Part shown: positions 10,266-19,241 of the stretch, in pieces
Layout of the letters: each line of letters begins with the position of its first letter
Numbering within the stretch: position 1 is the first letter of the stretch
Assembly: GCA_964619545.1 (NCBI GenBank)
Contig: CAZUED010000003.1
Location: 163-64,162 of the forward strand
Direction of reading: 5' to 3'
Source: an uncultured Muribaculaceae bacterium
GTDB lineage: Bacteria; Pseudomonadota; Alphaproteobacteria; Rs-D84
DNA length: 64,000 bases
Translations under genes and position numbers: made by a program
The notes under the pieces: generated by a model
Seen by the model: the letters and a program-made list of their open reading frames with translations, nothing else
The model's database searches: none
What the model was told of the DNA's origin: nothing

Positions 10266-10690
10266 TGGTAGATACAAAGGGTGTAGAAGCTGTAATTCCA
10301 CATCGCGGCAATATGAGATTGGTGGATGAAATTCGCGAATTTAATGAAATCAGTGGTGTTGGTATAAAACATGTCAGGGATGATGAATTTTGGTGTGCCG
10401 GACATTTTCCCGGAAATCCGATAATGCCTGGTGTTTTACAGGTCGAGGCCTTGGCGCAAACTGCATGCTTTATTGTGTTCAAGCAAATGGGTGCAACAGG
10501 TAAGGACACTTTGGGCTATTTTACCACTATGGAAAAAATCAGATTTTCGCACATGGTAAAACCTGGCGATACGCTTGAATTGCATGTAGAAATTTTGGCA
10601 AAAAAATTAAACATGTATAAATTTCATGGAATTGCAATGGTTGGCGGGAAAAAAGTTTCCGAGGCTACATTTTCCGCAATCATGAATTAA
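10262..10690 (+). CDS. fabZ: 3-hydroxyacyl-ACP dehydratase
   Basis: Hotdog-fold motifs (HFPGNPIMPGVL). Confidence 0.95.
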   Translation: MMVDTKGVEAVIPHRGNMRLVDEIREFNEISGVGIKHVRDDEFWCAGHFPGNPIMPGVLQVEALAQTACFIVFKQMGATGKDTLGYFTTMEKIRFSHMVKPGDTLELHVEILAKKLNMYKFHGIAMVGGKKVSEATFSAIMN

Positions 10691-10794
10691 AATCGCTGTA
10701 CGTGCCTTTATCGGCAGTTAAATACTTGTATAAAGCATCGGGCGTCCATATAAATGGCGCCCGAATTTTTAATACGTGTTTTGCGAAAGAAACA

Positions 10795-10995
10795 CAGGTT
10801 ATGTTAGAGCATAAGTTATAGGGCATAACGCATAGATATTTTTTACCTTGTGCCTTATGCTCTAAAAACACCCATCCATTTTGTTCCAGGATTTTTAGGT
10901 CGCGGGTTTGCAGCAGTATAAAGTTTATTTTCCCTGAACCGACTTGTATCATAGTGTATCTATGTCTTATGCCTTTAGCCTTATGCTCTAAAACG
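10795..10995. repeat. Three copies of a ~35-40 bp repeat unit (consensus ...gccttatgctctaaaa...), one inverted and two direct
   Basis: Copies at 10799-10840 (reverse), 10845-10872 and 10960-10995. The track ORFs here contain the internal repeats IVLEHKAKG and VFLEHKAQG and are probably non-coding. Confidence 0.6.
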
Positions 10996-11096
10996 ATTGC
11001 GCAGTGTCGAAATTTTCGGCAAAAAATGCGTGGCATTATTTTCCTGGTATTATTTGTAAATCCGATAAGCATGAAAATCTCCGATTTTTATTTAAT

Positions 11097-11205
11097 TTTC
11101 AAAGTGCAATTGTGGTGTCGGCTTCACCGACAACCTATAAATAATTATTTTACCTGTGAGCAACGCGAACACATTAATTGCACATTGCACTTTGCTAATT
11201 GCTCA
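11097..11205. repeat. MITE-like element, copy A (~100 bp, with terminal inverted repeats AAGTGCAA...TTGCACTT)
   Basis: Its reverse complement aligns at ~80% identity to 18612-18720. Confidence 0.7.
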
Positions 11206-11616
11206 TTAGTTTTCCAGCCATCCTTTGATTTTTGCAGCTTGCGCGATAGTTTGCATTGCATCATTCCACAGGGCAGCTTTGGCATTTTCTGACCATTCAT
11301 GCTGATGTGGAGCGCGCCGCAAGTCTCCAAATTCTTTCAAGACTTCCAGTTGTTTGGGCGTTAGCTTGCCGGCCAGGTAAAGCCGAGTGATAAGAGTTTC
11401 AACATCAATAGCTTCACAAGGATATGGATTTCGTGCCACTGGTCTTCCGATACGCATACGCGCAATGCTGGCAGATGAAAGCGCATCCTTTTGTCGGCAA
11501 GTTAAAAACCAAAACCACATTTGATCGGCGTCTTGAAATTTTCTTTCTGGTGCGTCAAAAGCCGTAGAAGGTATATTTTTTTGTTTTAAGTTGGCGTTCA
11601 TTTTTTCTCTCTCCAT
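11206..11616 (-). CDS. Hypothetical small protein with a possible helix-turn-helix (LTPKQLEVL)
   Basis: ORF with two possible ATGs (11616 and 11601; the second follows GGAG). Lies inside the IR-bracketed block. Confidence 0.5.
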   Translation of the reverse strand: MEREKMNANLKQKNIPSTAFDAPERKFQDADQMWFWFLTCRQKDALSSASIARMRIGRPVARNPYPCEAIDVETLITRLYLAGKLTPKQLEVLKEFGDLRRAPHQHEWSENAKAALWNDAMQTIAQAAKIKGWLEN

Positions 11617-11741
11617 TTTACCCCGTATAATTACTGGGTATGCATTCCTACACTAAAAATAATTGAATTATATCAAATGATACAACTACAAATAGATACT
11701 GCGGTTAGGTTTCTGACATTTTTTGTTTTTTGATAAATTAA

Positions 11742-11775
11742 AAAAATTCGCCACTTGGGCGAATCGGAGAATTGT
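11742..11775 (-). terminator. Rho-independent terminator after the Cys-rich paralog 3 gene
   Basis: attcgcc-acttg-ggcgaat hairpin with a T-run on the minus strand. Confidence 0.5.
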
Positions 11776-11790
11776 AAATACTAAATAAAA

Positions 11791-13938
11791 TTATCTATCT
11801 TGACCGATTTTGGTAGATGTTCCGGATTTCAGGTTGTCATTGGCTATACGAAGTTGTACTTGGTATGCGTTTATACAATCTGTCATACTGGAATTAGTCA
11901 TAGAATCGCCACATTTTTCAAATTGAGATTCAGATAATTTCAATGTTGTTGACATTCCTTTCAGCAAGTCAGAATCAAATTTAAGCTGCTTTCTGGCATC
12001 TGTTTTATTTGATGCGGAACGTATTACGCTCAAGTTGTTATTCAAGCAAGAAATCATATCTGATGTGCTGTAAACCTCATTACAATCACGAGCACCATTT
12101 AATCTTACATTACCTTTAGAAGATTTGCTTGCACTAGTAGAAGAATCATCAGTAGTATCGCCGCCAGCGGCCTGTAATTTTGATACCAGAATGGATTTCT
12201 CCATCTGAGTCTTTAACCGCTTCATAGTAACGTCCAAAAAGTCATACTGACGTTTCATCTGTTGAGTAATAATTGTCGTTTTCAATGCGATTGTATCCGC
12301 CATCATTTGTTTGTCAGCGGCCGAGGTTGGATTTTTTGTACTTCCAATGTTATAAGCATGGGTGCTGCACAAAGCGATGGCTGAATTGATATAATCATTT
12401 CCGCTGTCTTCTTTGCACCCGTTATCAGCTGTGCCAATGGAAAGAATTGCGTCCAGATTGTTGTTTTTGACACACAGATTGCGATCTGGCAAACGTCTTA
12501 GCTGTGCCAAATTACTTATAACAGCTAACTGATCAGAATTTGTTGCACACCATTTTATTGCGTCGGCTGCAGATTCTTCGCCGCGAATTACACTTGGTGC
12601 GTCCTGGGCAATTATTCTGCGCAAAGTTTCTATATCAATCGTCGATTGCTTTTTGCGATTTTTAAATAACACGGAATTATCAATTGCGTCAGATGCACAT
12701 GCAACGCGAATCCCGCCAGAACTGCCCGCATCCATATCCAGCCAGTTTTGTTGAATGTCCTCTTGATTATTTAACATCTTTAACAAAGTGCAATGGGGCT
12801 GTTGAGATTTTACTCGGCGGTTCCCCTGAGCATCATTTTCGTATGCTATAGGCCAGTATCCGCGGCCGGTTTTTGTATCATAATCGCAAGTTATGCTTGT
12901 CTTATCATCAATTTTTTCAGTTTGATTTTGAGAACATGTCTCGCACATATATTGCCCCCAGACATTGCAAGAGCCATTCAGCATCATGTAAATATCTGTT
13001 ATATCAACGCCCAAAGATTGCGCTAAAACCAACGCATCATACAACTCGTCCAAAACTGCATCATACGGATCAAAGAATTTATTTGCCTTATCCTTGAACG
13101 CTTTGACTCGCCGAGGACCCTGGCAATTATTTCCATTAGAATCACAACGCGCATAATCAAAAACATTTTGCATTGTGTTTTTTAAATCTTTCATCGCAAC
13201 ATCAGAATTTTCAAGCTGGGTCAGTATTTGACCACCAATTTGTTCGCGTGCCAAAACATCTGCCGATACACCCGCATTGACTGCATTAGTAATTGTTTTA
13301 TCGGGTGCTGATGCGCTTGCTGCTTGGGCCGCGGCCTGTGCTTGCTGGGCCGCCAGTTGTTTTTGCTCTTCCAATGCTTGCTGAACAGCCGCGGCGGATT
13401 GAGCAGATTGTTCTTGCATCTGTTGCTGCATCTGCATCATCTGCGCTTGCATTTGTTCTATCTGAGTGTTTGATTGCGCCGCTGCTGCATTTGCAGCCTG
13501 CGTTGTTGCAGCATTTTGCGCCTCGGTTGCTTTTGCAATAGCGGCACTTACCATCTGTGCCGCCAATGTTTGGATTAAATCGTCACCATATTGCTCGCAC
13601 GAAGGATTACTTTTCACGCAACCTTTCACAATCGGAAGCGCCAATTCCATGGTTGTGCAGCCCGCGCACTTTGGCTGGGCGCAACGCAAAATAAGTGAAT
13701 TACAATTTCCAAAATCTGCAACCGGCCTTTGTTGCCCCAGTGGATTAGGGTTTATCGCGGCATTCCACTGATTGTTGTTCAATGCGCCGGCACTGCCGGT
13801 AAATACAGTTCTGTTACCTGAAATTCCGCCAGAATTTGCAAAAGAAGGCCCTGGTCCGCCGATAGGACTGTCGCCATAGGCAGTCCCCAGTGCAAAGCAG
13901 GCGGTACAAACAGATAAAAATCTGATTAAAATCTTCAT
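11791..13938 (-). CDS. Large secreted Cys-rich protein, paralog 3. It has a signal peptide, a Gln/Ala-rich coiled region and many Cys residues
   Basis: Track ORF 11791..13998; start moved to M21 (MKILIRFLSVCTACFALGTAYG). The motif C-x6-C-x4-C-x2-C resembles paralogs 1 and 2. Lies 67 nt downstream of virB10. Confidence 0.7.
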   Translation of the reverse strand: MKILIRFLSVCTACFALGTAYGDSPIGGPGPSFANSGGISGNRTVFTGSAGALNNNQWNAAINPNPLGQQRPVADFGNCNSLILRCAQPKCAGCTTMELALPIVKGCVKSNPSCEQYGDDLIQTLAAQMVSAAIAKATEAQNAATTQAANAAAAQSNTQIEQMQAQMMQMQQQMQEQSAQSAAAVQQALEEQKQLAAQQAQAAAQAASASAPDKTITNAVNAGVSADVLAREQIGGQILTQLENSDVAMKDLKNTMQNVFDYARCDSNGNNCQGPRRVKAFKDKANKFFDPYDAVLDELYDALVLAQSLGVDITDIYMMLNGSCNVWGQYMCETCSQNQTEKIDDKTSITCDYDTKTGRGYWPIAYENDAQGNRRVKSQQPHCTLLKMLNNQEDIQQNWLDMDAGSSGGIRVACASDAIDNSVLFKNRKKQSTIDIETLRRIIAQDAPSVIRGEESAADAIKWCATNSDQLAVISNLAQLRRLPDRNLCVKNNNLDAILSIGTADNGCKEDSGNDYINSAIALCSTHAYNIGSTKNPTSAADKQMMADTIALKTTIITQQMKRQYDFLDVTMKRLKTQMEKSILVSKLQAAGGDTTDDSSTSASKSSKGNVRLNGARDCNEVYSTSDMISCLNNNLSVIRSASNKTDARKQLKFDSDLLKGMSTTLKLSESQFEKCGDSMTNSSMTDCINAYQVQLRIANDNLKSGTSTKIGQDR

Positions 13939-14005
13939 ATTCTCTCTTGAAGCAAGTTTATCATAAAATGCGAGGAAATGCAAGCCTCCCTTTAACAAGT
14001 GGAAG

Positions 14006-16300
14006 CTAAATTATTGGGGGAAAGCAATCACCGCCAGCTGCTGGACAGCAGTTGAATCCTTGGCTACCCATGTCTGTATAAACCTCGCCCGTGCAACAGC
14101 CGTTTAAGTCTGGCGATGTACCATCTTCGCAGGTCAGTGCCGTCGTGGTGGTGGTTGCGGGTGGTGTTTCTTTGGCAAATGGATTTTTTATTGTACCGTC
14201 CGCATTGTATTGCAGGCCCAAAACTTGCTCGTTATATTCTTTTGTTCCCTTAGTTAATTGCTGGCCATTGGTTCCGACAATACCGGTTTGCTGCTGGTTA
14301 TTCCAAATAGCCTGCTGTTGGGCATTATTTATCGCTTGATACTGAATTGCTTTACAATATGCAACAACGGTACGATAGTCATAGCCAGCCTCGGAAATAG
14401 TTTGTGCTGTTACACCCGCACTCAGCTGTCCATTAGTGCCGCAGTATTTCTGTATATCAAATCCGCGAACTTGTCCAACCCATGATGCATCATCATAATT
14501 TGGTATGGCTTCGGACGCTTTATGAGAAACATATTGCGAAGGAGTCAAATTGCAATTTTCAAGCCCATTCACCTTGTCGCAGAAGTTCACAATTAAATCC
14601 TTTGGCGAATAAACCGTTATGCGCGTACCAGCGGCAATAGAAAATGGAGGAACCGTGTTGTCCAGCATATCAACCATTAATTTTTGCGCAACTCTGTTCC
14701 ATGTTGAAATAATTTCATTTTTTGCCAGCTCGGACGAGCGAACTTGACCACTTTGTGTAACCGTATTGTTATCCAGATCAATTTGATTTACGAACTTGTC
14801 TGAAATTGGCGCAATCAAATTAACAGCGGCAGGCACAACTGCCGTTATCATCGGCATTATGAATTGCTCCATATAATCTGTGCTGCCGTGACCTGGAACG
14901 CCAACGCGACCTTGGCTGTCGCCAGCAAAGGGCTCGTCCCCGGCAAAGCTGAATTCAACTCCGTCCGGTCTAACAAAGCGATACCATTTGATTTGCATAC
15001 GACCGATGGCTTTATACGGACCCGGCATTTCACCAGTCAAATAACCCAACATCAATGTTCCGGTCGGAATTATTATAGTGCGTCCGTTATCAGAATAGAC
15101 ATGTCTATCAACTGTTGCCTGAACTGGCAACATGGATTGACGCTCTATCTTTGCATCTGCACGTATTTCATTTACGATTGTCGCAGGAATAGGCTTGTAC
15201 TGGCGCAGAACAAAAGTGCGGTCATAGGGCTCGGTCGATATAAATGCATCGCCCGCAGATGAAGGTACCAGGTTACTTTCTGGTTTATATGCAAATGCTG
15301 GATTTATCTCTGACAAACGTTTTGCACCACCCGCAGCTCTGGGTAATTCTGCCGCTGCTGCATTTACTTGTCTTGCTCGATTTTGTACGCGTGCGTTCGC
15401 CGGATTGGACAATACAGGAACATTCGCGCTTGATGCAATAAATCCGATTCGATCAAAGTCAGAGCCTATTTTTCTGCTGGGATTTTTAAGATCGGTAATA
15501 AATCCGGTATCCAAATTATATTCACCCAGTGGGCTGGTGCAGTCCAAGTCAGAAAAAGGATGAAAAAGATAATGTCCACCTTGGGGACGTATCCATCCGA
15601 TTTGCTTTCCATATGCGTCATAGCCGCCGAATGCAAATTCATAGCAGCGCTCGGTATTTAATGCTGCTGTAGTTACTGGCGCAGGCAAATTTTCTGTTGC
15701 AAATTTTGGCGCAAGGGTTTCGACCGCCTCGGCCACAGGATTAATTTCAGGGGCAGTCAAAACAGGTTCTGGTTCTGGCAATTGCACTGGTTTTTGTGGT
15801 TCTACTTTTTTTGTAGATAAAGCAACAGGAATTTCAGCAGTTTGTGCCATTTTGGCCTCGGCACTGGCGGGGTAATACTCAATAAGTACTTTAATGCCGG
15901 TTGGTTCCAAGTCTGCAGCAGGCGTCCAAGTTAATTCTGCACTGCAAGGAATGCCAAGTGTAATTTCGCCCATATTTGTACAGGTGGTATCTATGCTTAA
16001 TCCATCAATTTTTTGGGATAGTTTTACGCTGGGAATCATTGCGACTGCATTCGAAGAAATTTTAATAGTCTGTGTCTGTTTTTCGCCAACTGGAATGTTT
16101 TGCCATGCGATCTCAGATGGATCCATGGTCAGCTCCAGAACTGGTTTTGATTCGGACTTTGGTTTATCCTTGGAATCGCGACCCATCAGAATAACCAGCA
16201 AAACAACGACTACCAAAAAAGCAGCGAACATCACGATCCACAGCACATGCCGTGGCATGGACTTTTTTACATCGCTGATAGTGGTTGTTATCATCGCCAA
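14006..16300 (-). CDS. virB10: Type IV secretion protein VirB10/TrbI-like with a long C-terminal extension
   Basis: N-terminal TM segment, a Pro-rich region and a TrbI-type domain (...VDRHVYSDNGRTIIIPTGTLMLG...). This is followed by a Q/N-rich stretch, a TTTTT linker and a tail with 6 Cys. Confidence 0.88.
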   Translation of the reverse strand: MAMITTTISDVKKSMPRHVLWIVMFAAFLVVVVLLVILMGRDSKDKPKSESKPVLELTMDPSEIAWQNIPVGEKQTQTIKISSNAVAMIPSVKLSQKIDGLSIDTTCTNMGEITLGIPCSAELTWTPAADLEPTGIKVLIEYYPASAEAKMAQTAEIPVALSTKKVEPQKPVQLPEPEPVLTAPEINPVAEAVETLAPKFATENLPAPVTTAALNTERCYEFAFGGYDAYGKQIGWIRPQGGHYLFHPFSDLDCTSPLGEYNLDTGFITDLKNPSRKIGSDFDRIGFIASSANVPVLSNPANARVQNRARQVNAAAAELPRAAGGAKRLSEINPAFAYKPESNLVPSSAGDAFISTEPYDRTFVLRQYKPIPATIVNEIRADAKIERQSMLPVQATVDRHVYSDNGRTIIIPTGTLMLGYLTGEMPGPYKAIGRMQIKWYRFVRPDGVEFSFAGDEPFAGDSQGRVGVPGHGSTDYMEQFIMPMITAVVPAAVNLIAPISDKFVNQIDLDNNTVTQSGQVRSSELAKNEIISTWNRVAQKLMVDMLDNTVPPFSIAAGTRITVYSPKDLIVNFCDKVNGLENCNLTPSQYVSHKASEAIPNYDDASWVGQVRGFDIQKYCGTNGQLSAGVTAQTISEAGYDYRTVVAYCKAIQYQAINNAQQQAIWNNQQQTGIVGTNGQQLTKGTKEYNEQVLGLQYNADGTIKNPFAKETPPATTTTTALTCEDGTSPDLNGCCTGEVYTDMGSQGFNCCPAAGGDCFPPII

Positions 16301-16321
16301 CGCAGACTCCTGAGCCTTTTA

Positions 16322-17797
16322 TTATTGAACTCTTACTACATTGCAAGCGGTCCCTTGGAACTTTGTCATTTTATCACAAAGCTTTTGTGCGCTTTCAATG
16401 TCCGACATGGGCCCAATACGCAGGCGATAAAGCCGCGCGGTTGCAGCGCCCGTACCCAGATCTCCAACTCCAGACTCGTCAACTGCGAAATAAACCATAT
16501 TACGATAAGGATTCAGCAGTCCTTGTCCATCATCACCACTGAATTTCGCCAGCAGCTTTGTCCAATAATCATTCAGTGCTTTGACAGAAGTATCGGATTT
16601 CAGCTCAACAGCGACACCTGCTTGATTAGAGGTTATAATTGGAATGTCGCTTTGCGGCAGGAACGAGCCCGCAGTATTGCGAACACTTGGCAGCATATTA
16701 ACGCCAGTCGCACCAGTTGATGCGCCATTTGTCGGCATTACCATCGGCGGTTGAAATCCATTAACCTGTTGGTCAGTGATTGGCTGCAACATTGCACCAG
16801 AATCAACCGGCATATTTCCATAACCAACATTTTGCAAGGATTGTGATGATTGCATGCTTTGCATAACGTTAGATTCAGCCAGTGCCATGACGCTGGAAGT
16901 GTCAGCAATCAAGAAGGGTTTTGCGCGACGCTTGATACAAACAATTCGCTGACCACTGCGCAATACCATATCCCCAACTGCTTCTACAATCAACAGGCGT
17001 CCGTTTTCACCATCAGTACGAAAACCGACTGGCGATTCACCACCTTCGACCAAGATAGAAACAACTGGTCTTTGAGTCATTGCGATAACCTTGTCGCCAA
17101 AATCAATATAGGTAAAGATTCTGTCGCGCCATACGCGTTCAGGCGCAATTACAAAGTCATCAGGATTCGGGACAAAAATGTCTAAATCAAAGCGGAACTC
17201 TGACGGATCAATTTTCATTGTTTTTATCCAGCCGTAATCTTCGCCGTCAACGCCCAAGGTAGAAGTTGAATTTTTCTTTGGGAAAATAGAGTTCATACCA
17301 GAAGTTTGACCAGCAGAAGAGCTGGTTGCATTTGGTATGCTAGAACGCCCATCCAGAACAACATCAACCTGGGAATAAGAAATTTCGCTGGAATTAGCAG
17401 GTTCGGAACGCAGATAGAATAAATATTTATTTCCTGATTTGCCAGTAATAATCAAATTTGTGTCGCTGCCCTGATTTGTTGCAACCGGTGTCATATAAAT
17501 TGTTCTGCCACCTTTTTGCGGATCCATTTGGAACAAACCTTCGTTACCAATGACGCCATCTTCGATAATTTCGCCTTCGGGCAAATTTATCATGGTTACC
17601 ATTCCATTACGCAAACGAATCGGAAGAACTGCGCCTGGCGCCCATGTCAGTTGGGCAAAGCCAGGTTTAGAACTGCCTGTGGCCATATTTGCCTCTGGGT
17701 TATCCCACGCATCCTGGACACCATAATCTTCGGCACTTGCCCCGCCAATACAAAAGGCAAAAATCAAAGGGCAAAGAGCAAATAATTTTATATTCAT
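16322..17797 (-). CDS. virB9: Type IV secretion protein VirB9-like with a C-terminal SPOR-like extension
   Basis: Signal peptide, and N- and C-terminal domains similar to VirB9/TrbG. About 190 extra residues end in a putative SPOR fold. Confidence 0.82.
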   Translation of the reverse strand: MNIKLFALCPLIFAFCIGGASAEDYGVQDAWDNPEANMATGSSKPGFAQLTWAPGAVLPIRLRNGMVTMINLPEGEIIEDGVIGNEGLFQMDPQKGGRTIYMTPVATNQGSDTNLIITGKSGNKYLFYLRSEPANSSEISYSQVDVVLDGRSSIPNATSSSAGQTSGMNSIFPKKNSTSTLGVDGEDYGWIKTMKIDPSEFRFDLDIFVPNPDDFVIAPERVWRDRIFTYIDFGDKVIAMTQRPVVSILVEGGESPVGFRTDGENGRLLIVEAVGDMVLRSGQRIVCIKRRAKPFLIADTSSVMALAESNVMQSMQSSQSLQNVGYGNMPVDSGAMLQPITDQQVNGFQPPMVMPTNGASTGATGVNMLPSVRNTAGSFLPQSDIPIITSNQAGVAVELKSDTSVKALNDYWTKLLAKFSGDDGQGLLNPYRNMVYFAVDESGVGDLGTGAATARLYRLRIGPMSDIESAQKLCDKMTKFQGTACNVVRVQ

Positions 17798-17876
17798 TTC
17801 ACATCCTTCCTAATTTTTTTCTCAAGCGAATTCAGCTGTGACATTTGCCACTTGCCGTTTGCTATTTAAGTTTATG

Positions 17877-18530
17877 CTATTGCATAAAATCGAGCGGATC
17901 ACTTCCCCCTGATTCCACCCGGTATTCCGAGACTTGCAGCCCCAGCGGATTTTCCTGTCTGTTGCCCCATTTCAATTCTGGCGTGTAGGTCAATCCTATT
18001 ACAATAGTAAAATCTTTTGGCGGGGTATGTCCAGCGCTTTCTGATGTGCAAAACCATCTGAATTTTACAGCGAATTTATCACTTCCGCGTGGCTCAATTG
18101 CGGGCGATTGAAACTCTACAGGGCACGAAAACTGAACGTTCGGAGAATCCTGCATGAAAGCAGACCATAACTGAGTTGTTGCAAATCTGGCATAAACCTC
18201 TCTAGATGACCAGATATAAACTGGGCCGTCTGGGCTGCGCCACTTGTACCGCATGGTATTTACATTGGGTGTTATTTCGTTGCGCGCGCGAATATATTCC
18301 TTGATGAAGCTTTCCTTGTAATCGATCATAGTTTTGTTATTTACTGGCAGTTGTTGAATTTCGATTATTTGACCCTCGACACGGCGCGCATTCAGCAAGA
18401 AAACCTGGGTCCTATTCAATGGGAACATGTTAGAGACTGCGAAAATCATGGCCAAAGCAGTTGCAATTGCTGCGGCCAGCACGAAAGACATCATGCGCGC
18501 GGTAAAAGCATTGGGTGTGACAACTGCCAT
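17877..18530 (-). CDS. virB8: Type IV secretion protein VirB8-like
   Basis: N-terminal TM segment, a periplasmic domain and the NPLG motif (NPLGLQVSEYRV). Confidence 0.78.
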   Translation of the reverse strand: MAVVTPNAFTARMMSFVLAAAIATALAMIFAVSNMFPLNRTQVFLLNARRVEGQIIEIQQLPVNNKTMIDYKESFIKEYIRARNEITPNVNTMRYKWRSPDGPVYIWSSREVYARFATTQLWSAFMQDSPNVQFSCPVEFQSPAIEPRGSDKFAVKFRWFCTSESAGHTPPKDFTIVIGLTYTPELKWGNRQENPLGLQVSEYRVESGGSDPLDFMQ

Positions 18531-18611
18531 TTTCTTCAGAATTCTCCCTTCTTTGCGCGATTGTAGTAAATTTCCAGATTACTATGCAAGGGAAAAGTTC
18601 AATTTTCAATT

Positions 18612-18720
18612 ATCAAAGTGCAATTAACGTGTTCGCTGCGCTCACAATTAAATAATTATAAAAGCATCGGTGAATGCCGACACCACAATTGCTAATTGAA
18701 TTTTGTACATTGCACATTAA
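18612..18720. repeat. MITE-like element, copy B (inverted relative to copy A)
   Basis: caaagtgcaatt...gccgacaccacaattgc aligns to the reverse complement of 11097-11205. Confidence 0.7.
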
Positions 18721-18729
18721 ACTTTTCCC

Positions 18730-18758
18730 TTGCCTTAAAAAAACTAATAGGGTAGAAT
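18730..18758 (+). promoter_or_regulatory. Sigma70-like promoter for the tRNA-Trp-secE-nusG unit
   Basis: TTGCCT, 17-nt spacer, TAGAAT. Confidence 0.45.
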
Positions 18759-18873
18759 ACTTTTCGCTTGATTTTGGTAATAAATGTGTTATTGTGCGCG
18801 AACGAAAATAAGATAAACTGGGGTGGAGTTCGCACGATTCCTGCGGTGCAGGCGCGTGGCAGACAAGAGTTTT

Positions 18874-18947
18874 AGGGGCATAGTTCAACGGTAGAATAGA
18901 GGTCTCCAAAACCTTTGGTGTGGGTTCGATTCCTACTGCCCCTGCCA
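18874..18947 (+). tRNA. tRNA-Trp (CCA)
   Basis: Cloverleaf folded by hand. The anticodon loop is CTCCAAA, the T-loop is TTCGATT, and CCA is encoded. Confidence 0.9.
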
Positions 18948-19018
18948 AAAAGCTTTTGTGATGGGTATAAAAATGTCCACCAAAAGCCAAGCGACCAGTT
19001 AAAAAGTTTGGAACACGT

Positions 19019-19198
19019 ATGAAGAAATTTCTTGATTACATCAAAGCAGTTCGCCAGGAATGGTTTAAAATTGTGTGGCCATCACGCGATGCGGTTATTC
19101 GCGCGACCATAATGATTTTGGTGTTTTCAGGACTTGCAGCGCTGTTCTTTTTTATCACCGATAGTGCATTGAATGCGCTGGTGGAGTGGATTTTTTAG
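19019..19198 (+). CDS. secE: Preprotein translocase subunit SecE (59 aa; below the track's size cutoff)
   Basis: Translation MKKFLDYIKAVRQEWFKIVWPSRDAVIRATIMILVFSGLAALFFFITDSALNALVEWIF. The position between tRNA-Trp and nusG is the conserved one. Confidence 0.8.
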   Translation: MKKFLDYIKAVRQEWFKIVWPSRDAVIRATIMILVFSGLAALFFFITDSALNALVEWIF

Positions 19199-19241
19199 AA
19201 AATGTGCAATCTGCACATAAAACGAATTGAGTGGAGCAATT

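Noticed and set aside
10680-11292. Track ORFs 10680..11072 (-) and 10954..11292 (+)
   Set aside because: They lie on the short-repeat family and the MITE-like element. Their internal peptide repeats mirror the DNA repeats and they lack RBSs.
18800-18873. tRNA-like T-arm fragment (gagttcgcacgattcc) upstream of tRNA-Trp
   Set aside because: It cannot be folded into a full cloverleaf. It is probably chance or a decayed remnant.
18613-18990. 125-aa minus-strand ORF
   Set aside because: It overlaps tRNA-Trp and its promoter completely.
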